Shown here one piece after another: positions 9,065 through 18,161 of a DNA stretch of 64,000 nucleotides. Made by a program: the position numbers and the translations under genes. A model generated the notes under the pieces. The model was not told the DNA's origin. It did no database searches and worked only from the letters and a program-made list of their open reading frames with translations. This stretch comes from a bacterium (GTDB lineage Bacteria; Actinomycetota; Acidimicrobiia; Spongiisociales; UBA5794), in NCBI GenBank assembly GCA_024226255.1, contig JAAELU010000422.1, positions 2,353 to 66,352 on the forward strand, given 5' to 3'. The stretch's first letter is position 1. Each line of letters starts with the position of its first letter.

Positions 9065-9961
9065 CTAGAGCTTGGATGCGGCCTCCATGGCCTCTTCGAG
9101 CATCCCAAGAGTTTCATCTGCAGCAGGCACCAGGGGAAGACGTGGCTCACCGACCTCGGCCCACATTTTCGACATCGCCGCCCTGAGTGGCATGGGGCTC
9201 GGCTCCACAAACAACGCCTCGAAGAGTGGAGTCAGACCGTCGTGAAGCTTGCGGGCTACTGCCTCATCCCCTGCTGCCGCGGCTTCGACCAATCGTCGCA
9301 CGAGTGGGCCGACAAGATGCGAGGCAACGCTAACGACGCCGACACCCCCTGCCTCGACGATGTCGCGGATCATGGAGTCGGATCCCGCGTAGACGGCAAA
9401 GTCATCGGGAAGGGCCTCGAGTTCACGCCTTGTGTAGGTGATGTCGTCGACCGCGTCCTTGACAGCCACGATCTTGGGATGTGCCGCCAGCTCGACGAGG
9501 GTATCGACCGCGATCAAACGCGATGTGCGACCGGGGATGTTGTAGAGCATCAGGGGCAGGTCGGTGGAATCGGCGATCGCGGTGAAGTGGCGGTAGAGCC
9601 CGGACTGTGGGGGCTTCGAGTAGTAGGGCGTGACCGCCAACAAAGCGTGGCACCCAGCATCGGCCGCTTTGCGGCTCATCTCTACGGACTCCCGAGTGTT
9701 GTAGGTACCGGTACCTGCGATCACGACGCCGCGGTCGCCGGCGGCGTCAACGGCGGCTTTGAACAACGCTACTTTTTCGGCGCCCGACAGCGTTGGAGAT
9801 TCGCCTGTTGTTCCGGAAACCAACACTCCGTCTGACCCATTGGCCAATAGGTGACGAACCAATTTCCAGAAGGCTCCGTAATCAACACCACCGTCGGAGT
9901 CGAAGGGAGTCATCATTGCGGTTATGACGGGCCCAAAGGGCGCCTTGCTGGCCGTTTCCAT
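9065..9961 (-). CDS. dapA: 4-hydroxy-tetrahydrodipicolinate synthase
   Basis: FGPVITAMMTPF N-terminus, GTTGE, YNIPGRT motifs; ~298 aa. Confidence 0.9.
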   Translation of the reverse strand: METASKAPFGPVITAMMTPFDSDGGVDYGAFWKLVRHLLANGSDGVLVSGTTGESPTLSGAEKVALFKAAVDAAGDRGVVIAGTGTYNTRESVEMSRKAADAGCHALLAVTPYYSKPPQSGLYRHFTAIADSTDLPLMLYNIPGRTSRLIAVDTLVELAAHPKIVAVKDAVDDITYTRRELEALPDDFAVYAGSDSMIRDIVEAGGVGVVSVASHLVGPLVRRLVEAAAAGDEAVARKLHDGLTPLFEALFVEPSPMPLRAAMSKMWAEVGEPRLPLVPAADETLGMLEEAMEAASKL

Positions 9962-10007
9962 AGGCTGGACGGTAGCAAACCTGTGAGCAACTAACCTCTT
10001 TCTCGAT

Positions 10008-10847
10008 ATGGCCGGACCCTTCATTCACAATGTGGCAGCGGACGACTTTGGCGCCGCCGTCCTGCAGCGCAGCCAGGAGGTCCCGGTTGTCGTCGACTTC
10101 TGGGCGGAGTGGTGCGGGCCATGCAAGACGTTGGGTCCCCTGCTCGAACGCCTCACGGTCGAGCACGACGGTGCGTTTGAGCTCGTCAAGATCGACGTCG
10201 ATCAAAACGAAGAGCTGGCCGGCGAGTTTGGAGTGCAGAGCATTCCTACGGTCATCGCCTTTCGTAATGGCGCTCCAATCAGTCGGTTCTCCGGAGCCGT
10301 GCCCGAGCAAGCGCTGCAGGCGTGGCTGACTGAGATCATGCCGAGCGAGCTTGATCTCAAGGTCGACGCCGCCCGCGACTTGGCCCTCGAAGGAGATCTT
10401 GGAGCTGCCGAGGGGATTTTCAGGGAGGTACTGGAGACGCAGTCCGACCACTCCGATGCCGGCACCGGCCTTGCAAGCCTTCGTCTCGCCGCCGGTGATG
10501 CCGAGGAGGCACTGATCGTGCTCGGCAAGCTGACACCGACGCCCGAGGTGGAACGGCTTCAATCGGCCGCCCGGATGGCGACTTCTCGCAGCGACGACAT
10601 TCCCGGTCTCGAGCAAGCGCTTTCCCTCGACCCCAACTCATCGCTCGCACGCATCAATTTGGCCAAGGCTCTGGCCGCCACCAATGAGTACGAACCGGCA
10701 CTCGATCACTATCTCCACGTGGTGCGCTCGAAGGACCCGGCAATGGATGAAGCCCGCGTCGGCATGCTCGATATCTTCGGAGTCCTCGGCGATGAGCACC
10801 CCTTGACGGTGGCGTACCGTCGCCAACTCGCCAGCGCGCTGTTCTGA
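10008..10847 (+). CDS. thioredoxin-domain protein with C-terminal TPR-like region (YbbN/CnoX-like co-chaperone)
   Basis: WCGPC active site at the N-terminus and an ~170-aa helical C-terminal extension. Confidence 0.8.
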   Translation: MAGPFIHNVAADDFGAAVLQRSQEVPVVVDFWAEWCGPCKTLGPLLERLTVEHDGAFELVKIDVDQNEELAGEFGVQSIPTVIAFRNGAPISRFSGAVPEQALQAWLTEIMPSELDLKVDAARDLALEGDLGAAEGIFREVLETQSDHSDAGTGLASLRLAAGDAEEALIVLGKLTPTPEVERLQSAARMATSRSDDIPGLEQALSLDPNSSLARINLAKALAATNEYEPALDHYLHVVRSKDPAMDEARVGMLDIFGVLGDEHPLTVAYRRQLASALF

Positions 10848-10876
10848 GAAGTCAGAAATCAGAAGTCAGACCTCAG
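10848..10876 (+). repeat. heptamer repeat GAAGTCAG-AAATCAG-AAGTCAG-ACCTCAG beginning at the first nucleotide after the TGA stop of the thioredoxin/TPR gene
   Basis: Read directly; convergent intergenic region shared with dapB. Confidence 0.85.
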
Positions 10877-10947
10877 ATCGGAAGTCCGACAGGCGTCACC
10901 AGGGTCCGTCGACCCCGCTCTAGATCCGGTTTCTTTCTGGTTGCTGT

Positions 10948-11688
10948 CTAGATCCCCAGCAGCGCGTCCAAGCCGACCGTCATCTTGTCGGGCAGCGCTG
11001 CGACGCCGCGGATGGCCGTGAGCATGCCGGGCATAAAAGCCTCGCGGTTGAAGGTGTCGTGGCGAATCGACATCGTCTCGCCGAGACCCCCGAACATCAC
11101 TTCCTGAGAAGCGATGACCCCCGGAAGTCGCACCGAGTGCACCGGTACCCCATCCACGTCGGTGCCGCGGCCCTCGGCATCTGGAACGTTCGTTCCGCCG
11201 GCGGCGGCGATTCGGGCCGCCGTCGATAGCGCCGTGCCGGACGGGTAGTCGGGCTTGTCGTCGTGATGGAACTCCATCACCTCCACGCCTCCGAAGTGCG
11301 GTGCTGCCATCTCAGCGAAGCGCATCATCACTACCGCACCGATCGAGAAGTTGGGGACGACAAGACAGTTACCTTCGCTCCCGGCCCAAACATCAGCCAG
11401 CTCGGTGAGCATTCGTTCATCGAATCCGGAAGTACCGATAATCATGTGAAGGCGGCGGCCACCCCATCGGGCGGCATTCGCCAGAACCACATCGGGGTTG
11501 GTGAACTCCACAACGACATCGCCGCCGACCGCGTCATGGTCACCGACGGCAGCCACTCCGCAGATGACTTCGCCGACATCGAGGGGAGCGTATGCCGCTG
11601 ACAGCTCGAGATCCTCCTCGGCCGTTATGGCGGCGGCTGCCAGTCGACCCATCCGGCCCGCAGCACCCGAGACGGCAACCCGGATCAC
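10948..11688 (-). CDS. dapB: 4-hydroxy-tetrahydrodipicolinate reductase
   Basis: MIRVAVSGAAGRMGR Rossmann start, EFTNPD, HHDDKPDYPSGTA (DapB signature E(L/F)HHxxKxDxPSGTA). Confidence 0.9.
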   Translation of the reverse strand: MIRVAVSGAAGRMGRLAAAAITAEEDLELSAAYAPLDVGEVICGVAAVGDHDAVGGDVVVEFTNPDVVLANAARWGGRRLHMIIGTSGFDERMLTELADVWAGSEGNCLVVPNFSIGAVVMMRFAEMAAPHFGGVEVMEFHHDDKPDYPSGTALSTAARIAAAGGTNVPDAEGRGTDVDGVPVHSVRLPGVIASQEVMFGGLGETMSIRHDTFNREAFMPGMLTAIRGVAALPDKMTVGLDALLGI

Positions 11689-12935
11689 GCCACGAAACTC
11701 GCTAGCTCGTCGGCCTCGAACGGCCCCACGGCCCCAAGTACGAACGGCCCGGTGTAGATGTCGGCCGCGACGGCCAAGGTGTCCTCAGCTGTTACGTCTT
11801 CGATCTTGGCGACAATCTCAGCAACTGACATGTGGCCGATCCCCGTCAGCTCGTCTCGTCCCAGTCGGCTCATCCGACTGTTCGAGTCCTCCAGCGAGAG
11901 AGCCAGGGAGCCCTTCACGTGGCCTTTGGCACGCTCCAGTTCCTCGATCGTCAGGCCCGATGCGACCAGCTTGGCCAGCTCAGCTCGGATCAACTCGAGA
12001 ACCTCGGGTGCCTGATTCGGTGTGGTGCCCACATAGATCGCGTTGGCTCCGGTCTCGACGAACGGCATCCGGAAACTGTGCACCGCATATGCCAGCCCGC
12101 GCTGCTCCCGGATCTCGCGAAACAAGCGCGAGCTCATTCCCCCACCAAGGACGTGGTCGACAACGTTGGCCGCCCAACGCCGTTCGTCATCACGTTTGAA
12201 GCCCGGGGTACCCAGAACCAGATGGGCCTGCTCGGTGTCCTTGTTGCGCAGCGCAATTCCTTGCGGAGCCCCTGCCGGCACCTGCGGCCGCCCGACGATG
12301 TCGCCTGTCCAGTCGCCGAATAGCTCCCCAATTTGTTCGACCAGGGCGTCGTGGTCCAACCGCCCGGCGGCGGCAATAACGACGCTGTGGGGTGTGTAGC
12401 GGCGCTTCCAATACCCGGCGATGACGTCGCGCGACATACCAGTGATGGAGTCTCGAGTTCCGAGGATCGGCGGTGCCAGCGGATGGCCCGCCCACAGCTT
12501 GCGTACAAACAGTTCATGGGCAACGTCGGTGGGATCGTCCTCGTTCATGTTGATCTCTTCGAGGACAACGTGCCGCTCCGAGTCGATCTCCTCTTGGCGG
12601 AATGCGGGCCGCTGCAGCATCTCCGAGAGGACTTCCACAGCGAACCCGAGATCGGCATCGCGTACCTTGGCCCAATAGACCGTGTACTCCTTGGAGGTGA
12701 ATGCGTTGTGCCTAGCGCCGAGAGCATCGAATCCCTCTGCGATCCGGTGAGCATCGAGCGCCTCGGAGCCCTTGAACAGCAGGTGCTCTAGGAAATGGCT
12801 GGCGCCTGCTTCTTCTGGGATCTCATCCCGACTGCCGGTATCAACCCAAGCGCCAATCGTGGCTGAATGGACGGACGGCATGTCCTGGGTGATGACTCGT
12901 AAGCCATTGGGAAGTGTCGAGAGCTGATAGTGCAT
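11685..12935 (-). CDS. M16-family zinc peptidase (pitrilysin/insulinase-like)
   Basis: Inverted zinc motif HFLEHLLFKG (HxxEH); ~416 aa. True start ATG 12933-12935 (MHYQLSTLPNGLRV); the upstream 39 codons are rejected. Confidence 0.85.
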   Translation of the reverse strand: MHYQLSTLPNGLRVITQDMPSVHSATIGAWVDTGSRDEIPEEAGASHFLEHLLFKGSEALDAHRIAEGFDALGARHNAFTSKEYTVYWAKVRDADLGFAVEVLSEMLQRPAFRQEEIDSERHVVLEEINMNEDDPTDVAHELFVRKLWAGHPLAPPILGTRDSITGMSRDVIAGYWKRRYTPHSVVIAAAGRLDHDALVEQIGELFGDWTGDIVGRPQVPAGAPQGIALRNKDTEQAHLVLGTPGFKRDDERRWAANVVDHVLGGGMSSRLFREIREQRGLAYAVHSFRMPFVETGANAIYVGTTPNQAPEVLELIRAELAKLVASGLTIEELERAKGHVKGSLALSLEDSNSRMSRLGRDELTGIGHMSVAEIVAKIEDVTAEDTLAVAADIYTGPFVLGAVGPFEADELASFVA

Positions 12936-13055
12936 GCCGGAAGTGTAGAACCCCTGATGGCCCTTGGGACTGGGTCGCGTAAGCACGAGGGTCGAGGGTC
13001 TAGTTGGTTGTCTGAGACAAGCAGCGGCAAACCATCGTCGCAGAGGAGGCAAACA

Positions 13056-13943
13056 GTGAAGAGGACATGGCGCAGCTTTGCAGCCATTGGAGGCTTCGCC
13101 CTGGTGGTGGCATCGTGCGGGGGCACAACGTCGGCGACGACTGAAGCACTGAGTAGCGCAGCCGGGGCGACGACATCCACCACAGCTGGTTCGACAAACG
13201 AGGCCGTGGAGGACTCAACTACAACTACGACCGCCGGTCCAACCACAACAGTTTTTGACCGACTGGTCGACGTACCCCTGGAGGCGCCGCCATTCGACGA
13301 CGTGACGATCACGACCGAGGACGGGATAGATCTATACGCCAAGTTCTGGCCGGGAAACGATGTTGCGGTGCTCTTTGGCCACGACTTCGATAATCCCACC
13401 CCGGGTGCAGCCGGACAGCGACCTCCACAGAGTTCCGACTCGATCATCCCGTTTGCCGCCACCATCGTCAATGAGGGGTGGACCGTCCTAGCCCCGGACT
13501 TTCGGGGACACGGTCAGTCGGCCGGCGAATACGACGTCCGAGCCAGCCAGATCGACCTGAAGGCTGTGCACGGGTGGCTTACGACCGAGGGCTACGAGAC
13601 CATCGTCGTGATCGGTTGGGTGGGTTCGGGGACGGCCGCCGTTGTGCTCGACGTCGCCGACGACGACGTTGTTTTTGACGGCATCGCCATGGTCTTCTCA
13701 CCGCTGCAGGACACCGGCATGGATGCGCAGAGCGTCATCGGGGGACTTGATACGCCCACCTACTTCATCGGATCGAACGCCGGTAGCAGCGCCCGAGCAG
13801 CCAAGTTCCTCGAGGCTGCCGCCGTCGACTCACGAGGGATCACAGTCTTTGATCGCACGCCCAGCGGCCTCCAGTTCATCGACGTGTACGGTCCGGAACT
13901 CGCTGGACGCCTTCTCCAGTTTCTCGACGACGCAACGGCGTAG
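13056..13943 (+). CDS. alpha/beta hydrolase lipoprotein
   Basis: GTG start with GAGGAGG RBS 7 nt upstream; signal plus lipobox (VVASCGG); Thr-rich linker; FRGHGQS and IGWVGSG (GxSxG). Paralogous to the next gene. Confidence 0.7.
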   Translation: MKRTWRSFAAIGGFALVVASCGGTTSATTEALSSAAGATTSTTAGSTNEAVEDSTTTTTAGPTTTVFDRLVDVPLEAPPFDDVTITTEDGIDLYAKFWPGNDVAVLFGHDFDNPTPGAAGQRPPQSSDSIIPFAATIVNEGWTVLAPDFRGHGQSAGEYDVRASQIDLKAVHGWLTTEGYETIVVIGWVGSGTAAVVLDVADDDVVFDGIAMVFSPLQDTGMDAQSVIGGLDTPTYFIGSNAGSSARAAKFLEAAAVDSRGITVFDRTPSGLQFIDVYGPELAGRLLQFLDDATA

Positions 13944-13955
13944 ACTGCATCCCAG

Positions 13956-14663
13956 ATGGGGAGGCGAACCGCCGCGGTGTTGTTGTGTGCCGCGCTCTTG
14001 TTGAGCGCGTGCGGAAATGACGCTGCGTCGGAAAGCACCTCCGACGACTCGGCCCTCGATCCGGGCCGCGAACTGTCGATAACCAACAACGACGGCCAAA
14101 CCCTGGAAGCCCGCGCCTGGGGAACCGGCAACCGCTACGTCGTTCTTGCCCACATGCGCCCAGCCGACATGACCTCGTGGTTCGACTTCGCCAGGCTCCT
14201 CGCCGATGAGGGATTCACGGCGATTGCGTTCAACTTCCGCGGCTACGGCGAGTCCGGAGGCGAACCGGGCGAATTCTCGGTGGCCGCAGATGTCCGAGCA
14301 GTGGTCGACGCGGCAGTCGCCGAAGGGGCCTCCGCAGTATTCGTAATCGGCGCCTCGATGGGCGGAACCGGCGCCGTCGCCGCCTCGGCCTCGAACGACA
14401 TCGCCGGAACGGTGACCCTGTCGGCACCGGACGAATTCGAGGGCGTCAACGCTGTTGGGCTCGCCCAGTTCGTCACTACTCCCATCCTGCTGATAGCCGC
14501 CGATGAGGACGGCGACGCTGCCGACGACGCGCTGGCCATAGCATCGGAGGCCAGCGGCGAGACCGAGCTGGTGGTGCTCGCAGGCGCCCAGCACGGCACC
14601 AACATGTTCGCCGAGCACGGCGACGAAATCACCGCCAAGATCCTCGAGTTTCTCGAGGCCTAG
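13956..14663 (+). CDS. alpha/beta hydrolase lipoprotein (paralog of 13056-13943)
   Basis: Lipobox LLSACGN; FRGYGES; GASMGG nucleophile elbow; 12-nt spacing from the upstream paralog (operon). Confidence 0.75.
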   Translation: MGRRTAAVLLCAALLLSACGNDAASESTSDDSALDPGRELSITNNDGQTLEARAWGTGNRYVVLAHMRPADMTSWFDFARLLADEGFTAIAFNFRGYGESGGEPGEFSVAADVRAVVDAAVAEGASAVFVIGASMGGTGAVAASASNDIAGTVTLSAPDEFEGVNAVGLAQFVTTPILLIAADEDGDAADDALAIASEASGETELVVLAGAQHGTNMFAEHGDEITAKILEFLEA

Positions 14664-14771
14664 CCAGCTCGAGGCGCCGCCCGAACGAGAACCTGCGCCC
14701 GCATGCCACCAACGGGTAGCCCGCCGTCCGGCTGTGCTGACCATTTGACACATGTGAGACAATCGACAGTT

Positions 14772-17030
14772 ATGGCTATGCGTGACAAATCTGTGCTCCG
14801 GGAGGTTCTCCCGCCCGATGAGCGCGTTATCGAAGCCGTCGTAGCTCGCTATCAACGTATTGCTCCTGCGGTGCTGCGCTTCGCTCGGACCATCGCGGAC
14901 AACGACGAGCTTCAGATCAGACTGGGCTCGCAGGCCGCAGCCGCCGACGATGACATCGTGCTCGATCCTCGCGTATTTCAGGCTGCCTACGCCCGGTCGG
15001 CTCCGGTAACACCAACGGAAGTTGCCCTCACCTCGGCACTGCACGAAGTGGTTCACATGATGGCGACCAACTTCGACGAGAAGCGCCCCGTCCCCCAGTC
15101 TTGGCTGCCGACTCCGCAGGAGGATGCGCTCCTGCCGGTCGGGGCCGATCCGGAGCCGGTCGCCAAGCCGGCACGATTAGACCCGATGGGTCTTTTCGAC
15201 TTCGACGATGCGGAAATGGATGGCGACATCCAGCAGGCTCTCGCCGACGACATTCAGCTGGAGTCCGAGGCACCGCCGCCGCCCCCGGTGGATCATCCGG
15301 TGAGCCTCCTTGATGCGCTCCATGAAGCCGGCGGCACCGCAGCCGAAGCGCTCTTCCTGTCGATTGAGGATGCCCGCCAGGAGATCCAACATCTGGCACC
15401 GTTCGGAGGCGTGCGTTCGGTCCTTACGGATCTATACCGAGCCGCCACCCCGGATGCCTTCCGCGAGGCCCGTCCACTCGGGCAGTTCGCCCTGGCTTCG
15501 TTCATGATCATCGGCGGCTACAGCGATCGTGACGCGCTGCAGCGGCGGATGGCTCCGCATGCAGCCGCGGCAATCGACGACGCGGCCGGCTGGCTCGACG
15601 AAGCGACGCGGCATTCGGACCCGTGGGAGGTTGCCGGCATTGCCATCGAACTCCTGAAGATCGCCCGCATCCACCAGTTGATCACTCCCACCGGAGCCTC
15701 CGACAGCGCAGCAACCAAAAAGACCAAAGCCGAAGCCGACCGCAGCGCTATCGCTGAAACTGTCGACGCGGTCCGCATCGTGACCCCAACGCTGCGCGAC
15801 ATGGAGAGCTACGAACAGACCCGGCAGGCCTCGCAGAGCGTTTCAGCCGAGAAGGGCAAGAAGGGCGAGGCGGAGCAAGCCGGCGATCCCGCCACGGACC
15901 AGCTGGTGCGGGTGTCTGAGTCGCCCACCGTGTATCTGCCGACAGGACAGGGCGGCAAACTCATCGTCGAGACATTTCCAGTCGGATTCCGGTCTCTGGC
16001 GGTCGAGGGTCGCAACCGGCTGGAACAGGCCGCACGGCAGTGGGGTGTCGCCCAACGCCGGGTATCCGGCGAGCTGTATCCACTCTTCCTCGCCAACCAA
16101 CGCCGCGGTCTTCGATCCGGGTACGACGCCGGCGACCTGTCGCCGTATACCGCTCTGCTGCTCGGGGCCGGGCTCTACGAGCGGATGTTCGAGCGGCGTG
16201 ACCTGCCGACGCGTCGGTCATATGCAGTGAGCCTGCTGATCGACGGCTCCGCTTCGATGCTGCAGCCCAGGGCCACCCAAGGCGGCCGCAAGACGCCGTG
16301 GGCGTTGGCGGCCGCAACCCTGGGCGCGTGGACTCTCGCCAGATTGTGCGATGAACTGCAGATCGACTTCGAAGTGGCGCTGTTCAACCGCAGCTTCGTG
16401 GCACGGGCAGACGACACCGAGTCCAGCTACACGACACGCCAGGCGGAAGCCACCGGAGCGCTGCGCCGCAGCCAGGGCGGTGCCGCCGAGCGGTTGACTC
16501 GAACGGTCAATCACTACATGCTGAAACGATTCGGCGATCGATGGCGTCAAGCCGAGGACATCATCGCAGGGCTCTTCTACATGGCAGCCGACCCCCAAGA
16601 GGCCGCCCGTATCGTCAGGCTGGACCGGGCCGAAGGGCCTCCCCTCTCGATGTTCGAAAAGGCCGCCAACGTCGATGAGTACAACATCGCTTATGCCGCC
16701 AAACGGCTTGCCGCCCAGCACGCCCGCCACCGCATCATCGTCGTCCTTGCGGACGGCATGACGCGTGGCTCAGTCAACGACCTCGCCGAGTGTGTTCACG
16801 CTGTCGAGGTCGGAGGCGCCACGGTCCTCGGCATCGGCATCGGCGACGACACAGTCCGCACTTGCTACGCCCGCCATCAAATCGTCGAGCAACCCGAAAC
16901 GCTGGCGGCCGCGATGGTCGATGGAGTCAGATCAACCCTTTTGAAGGCCCTTGCCGGCACTGCGGGCGACGGCTGGTGGCTCCAAGCGAGTCGCAGCGCC
17001 ATGCCCGTCGGCACCAATACATTTTCCTGA
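14772..17030 (+). CDS. CobT-like protein: PF06213-type N-region (contains HEVVH), acidic/Pro-rich linker, C-terminal von Willebrand A domain
   Basis: The N-region aligns with Pseudomonas CobT (AVLRFARTIADNDELQIRLGS ~ AVTLCTRAIAGDPELEVSFSS; ALHEVVH ~ CHDHEVH). VWA MIDAS motif LLIDGSASM and GxxE-type acidic stretch. Start could be ATG 14703. Confidence 0.75.
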   Translation: MAMRDKSVLREVLPPDERVIEAVVARYQRIAPAVLRFARTIADNDELQIRLGSQAAAADDDIVLDPRVFQAAYARSAPVTPTEVALTSALHEVVHMMATNFDEKRPVPQSWLPTPQEDALLPVGADPEPVAKPARLDPMGLFDFDDAEMDGDIQQALADDIQLESEAPPPPPVDHPVSLLDALHEAGGTAAEALFLSIEDARQEIQHLAPFGGVRSVLTDLYRAATPDAFREARPLGQFALASFMIIGGYSDRDALQRRMAPHAAAAIDDAAGWLDEATRHSDPWEVAGIAIELLKIARIHQLITPTGASDSAATKKTKAEADRSAIAETVDAVRIVTPTLRDMESYEQTRQASQSVSAEKGKKGEAEQAGDPATDQLVRVSESPTVYLPTGQGGKLIVETFPVGFRSLAVEGRNRLEQAARQWGVAQRRVSGELYPLFLANQRRGLRSGYDAGDLSPYTALLLGAGLYERMFERRDLPTRRSYAVSLLIDGSASMLQPRATQGGRKTPWALAAATLGAWTLARLCDELQIDFEVALFNRSFVARADDTESSYTTRQAEATGALRRSQGGAAERLTRTVNHYMLKRFGDRWRQAEDIIAGLFYMAADPQEAARIVRLDRAEGPPLSMFEKAANVDEYNIAYAAKRLAAQHARHRIIVVLADGMTRGSVNDLAECVHAVEVGGATVLGIGIGDDTVRTCYARHQIVEQPETLAAAMVDGVRSTLLKALAGTAGDGWWLQASRSAMPVGTNTFS

Positions 17031-17047
17031 ATAGCTGAGGAGCACCC

Positions 17048-18034
17048 ATGGCCAGAACTGTGACATTCGAGGACCCGACCGGAGAGGGCAAGCCGATCGA
17101 ACTCGAGGTCAGCGACGTCCCGAAGGACCTCGAGGACTACGAGACACGAATGAACCACATTCCCACGGCCGACCCGTACTACGTGGACCTCGGGATGTTG
17201 TACAAATTGGCAGCGCTCGAAAGGACGCGCCGTGATCACTTCACCGATACGCCGCTCCACCTGGCGCTACGCGGCCACATGGGTACCGGCAAGGACCACG
17301 ACCTAGAGCAATTCGCCGCCGTTCTGCAGATGCCGCACTATCGAATTCCGCTCACCGGCGAGGTTCGCGACATCACTCTGATCGGTTCGGTCAAGTTGCA
17401 CGGTGACGGCAAGGGTGGAACCGAAAGCCGGTGGCAGGACGGCGACATCACCCGTGCGCTGCGTGGCCCGGCACTGATAAACCTGTCCGAGCTCAACGCG
17501 GCCGGAGCCGAGACTCTCTTTGCGCTCCATGGCCTTCTCGACCGGCACCAAGCCGTCGAGCTGCCGACCGGCGAGATGGTTCGGCTGCGTCCCGACGTGA
17601 GGGTATTCGGGACTTTGAACCCAACCGATCTCCGTGACTATGCGGGCACCCAGACTCTGAACAAGGCCTTCGCCGATCGTTGGATCATTTGGGAAAAGGA
17701 CTTCCCCAACGAGGATGAGCTGACCGCCATGCTCAGCCAGCGCTACCCCGGGCTCAAGAGCGAGTACTCAGCATTGATCGCCAAGCTTGCGGCCGAGGTC
17801 AATGCCTCGTTCACTTCGGTCGACTCGAGGACTCGCGTCGAGACACCGATGTCGCTGCGCACCGTCCTCGACCGGATTCCGGCAGGGCTGCGCATCTACT
17901 CCCAAACAGGCGACCCCTTGCGGCGCACCTGGGAGGAGATGGTCCTGCCCCATATCGATCCCTACGACCGCGATCACTACGAGACGGTGTGGGCGGCAAT
18001 CGCCCGGGTCGGTCCCAGCAAGTCACCTTTCTAG
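17048..18034 (+). CDS. CobS-like AAA+ (AAA_5/MoxR-class) ATPase with non-canonical Walker motifs
   Basis: Aligns with CobS: GHMGTGKD (CobS GYHGTGKS), LINLSELN (CobS LVFDEYD), GTLNP sensor-1, GTQTLNKAFADRWII (CobS GTQQINQAQMDRWSI). Begins 18 nt after the CobT-like stop. Confidence 0.8.
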   Translation: MARTVTFEDPTGEGKPIELEVSDVPKDLEDYETRMNHIPTADPYYVDLGMLYKLAALERTRRDHFTDTPLHLALRGHMGTGKDHDLEQFAAVLQMPHYRIPLTGEVRDITLIGSVKLHGDGKGGTESRWQDGDITRALRGPALINLSELNAAGAETLFALHGLLDRHQAVELPTGEMVRLRPDVRVFGTLNPTDLRDYAGTQTLNKAFADRWIIWEKDFPNEDELTAMLSQRYPGLKSEYSALIAKLAAEVNASFTSVDSRTRVETPMSLRTVLDRIPAGLRIYSQTGDPLRRTWEEMVLPHIDPYDRDHYETVWAAIARVGPSKSPF

Positions 18035-18069
18035 AAGCCAGAAGCCAGAAGCCAGAAGCCAGAAGCGCC
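18035..18069 (+). repeat. heptamer microsatellite (AAGCCAG)x4 plus AAGCGCC, starting at the first nucleotide after the TAG stop of the CobS-like gene
   Basis: Read directly. Confidence 0.9.
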
Positions 18070-18145
18070 TGACATTCCCGGCGGTTGGGCGACTAGCCGA
18101 ATCTCTTGGAGAGTCGCAGCCAGTAGCTCCGGAAGTGGCTGCCCA

Positions 18146-18161
18146 TACTGATTACTGATTA
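18146..18161 (-). repeat. heptamer repeat (TAATCAG)x2 in minus-strand orientation, overlapping the TAA stop of the GNAT gene
   Basis: Plus strand reads CTGATTACTGATTA; on the GNAT coding strand ...GAG TAA TCAGTAATCAG TAT. Confidence 0.85.

Noticed and set aside
7993-9186. 397-aa plus ORF
   Set aside because: Antisense shadow of RNase J; low-complexity (R, G, D, H rich).
9882-10616. 244-aa minus ORF
   Set aside because: Antisense to the thioredoxin/TPR gene, which has an unambiguous WCGPC motif.
11498-12199. 233-aa plus ORF
   Set aside because: Pro/Arg/Ser-rich antisense shadow of dapB and the M16 peptidase.
13830-15056. 408-aa minus ORF
   Set aside because: Antisense across two lipoprotein hydrolase genes and the CobT-like start; Arg/Gly-rich; no motif.
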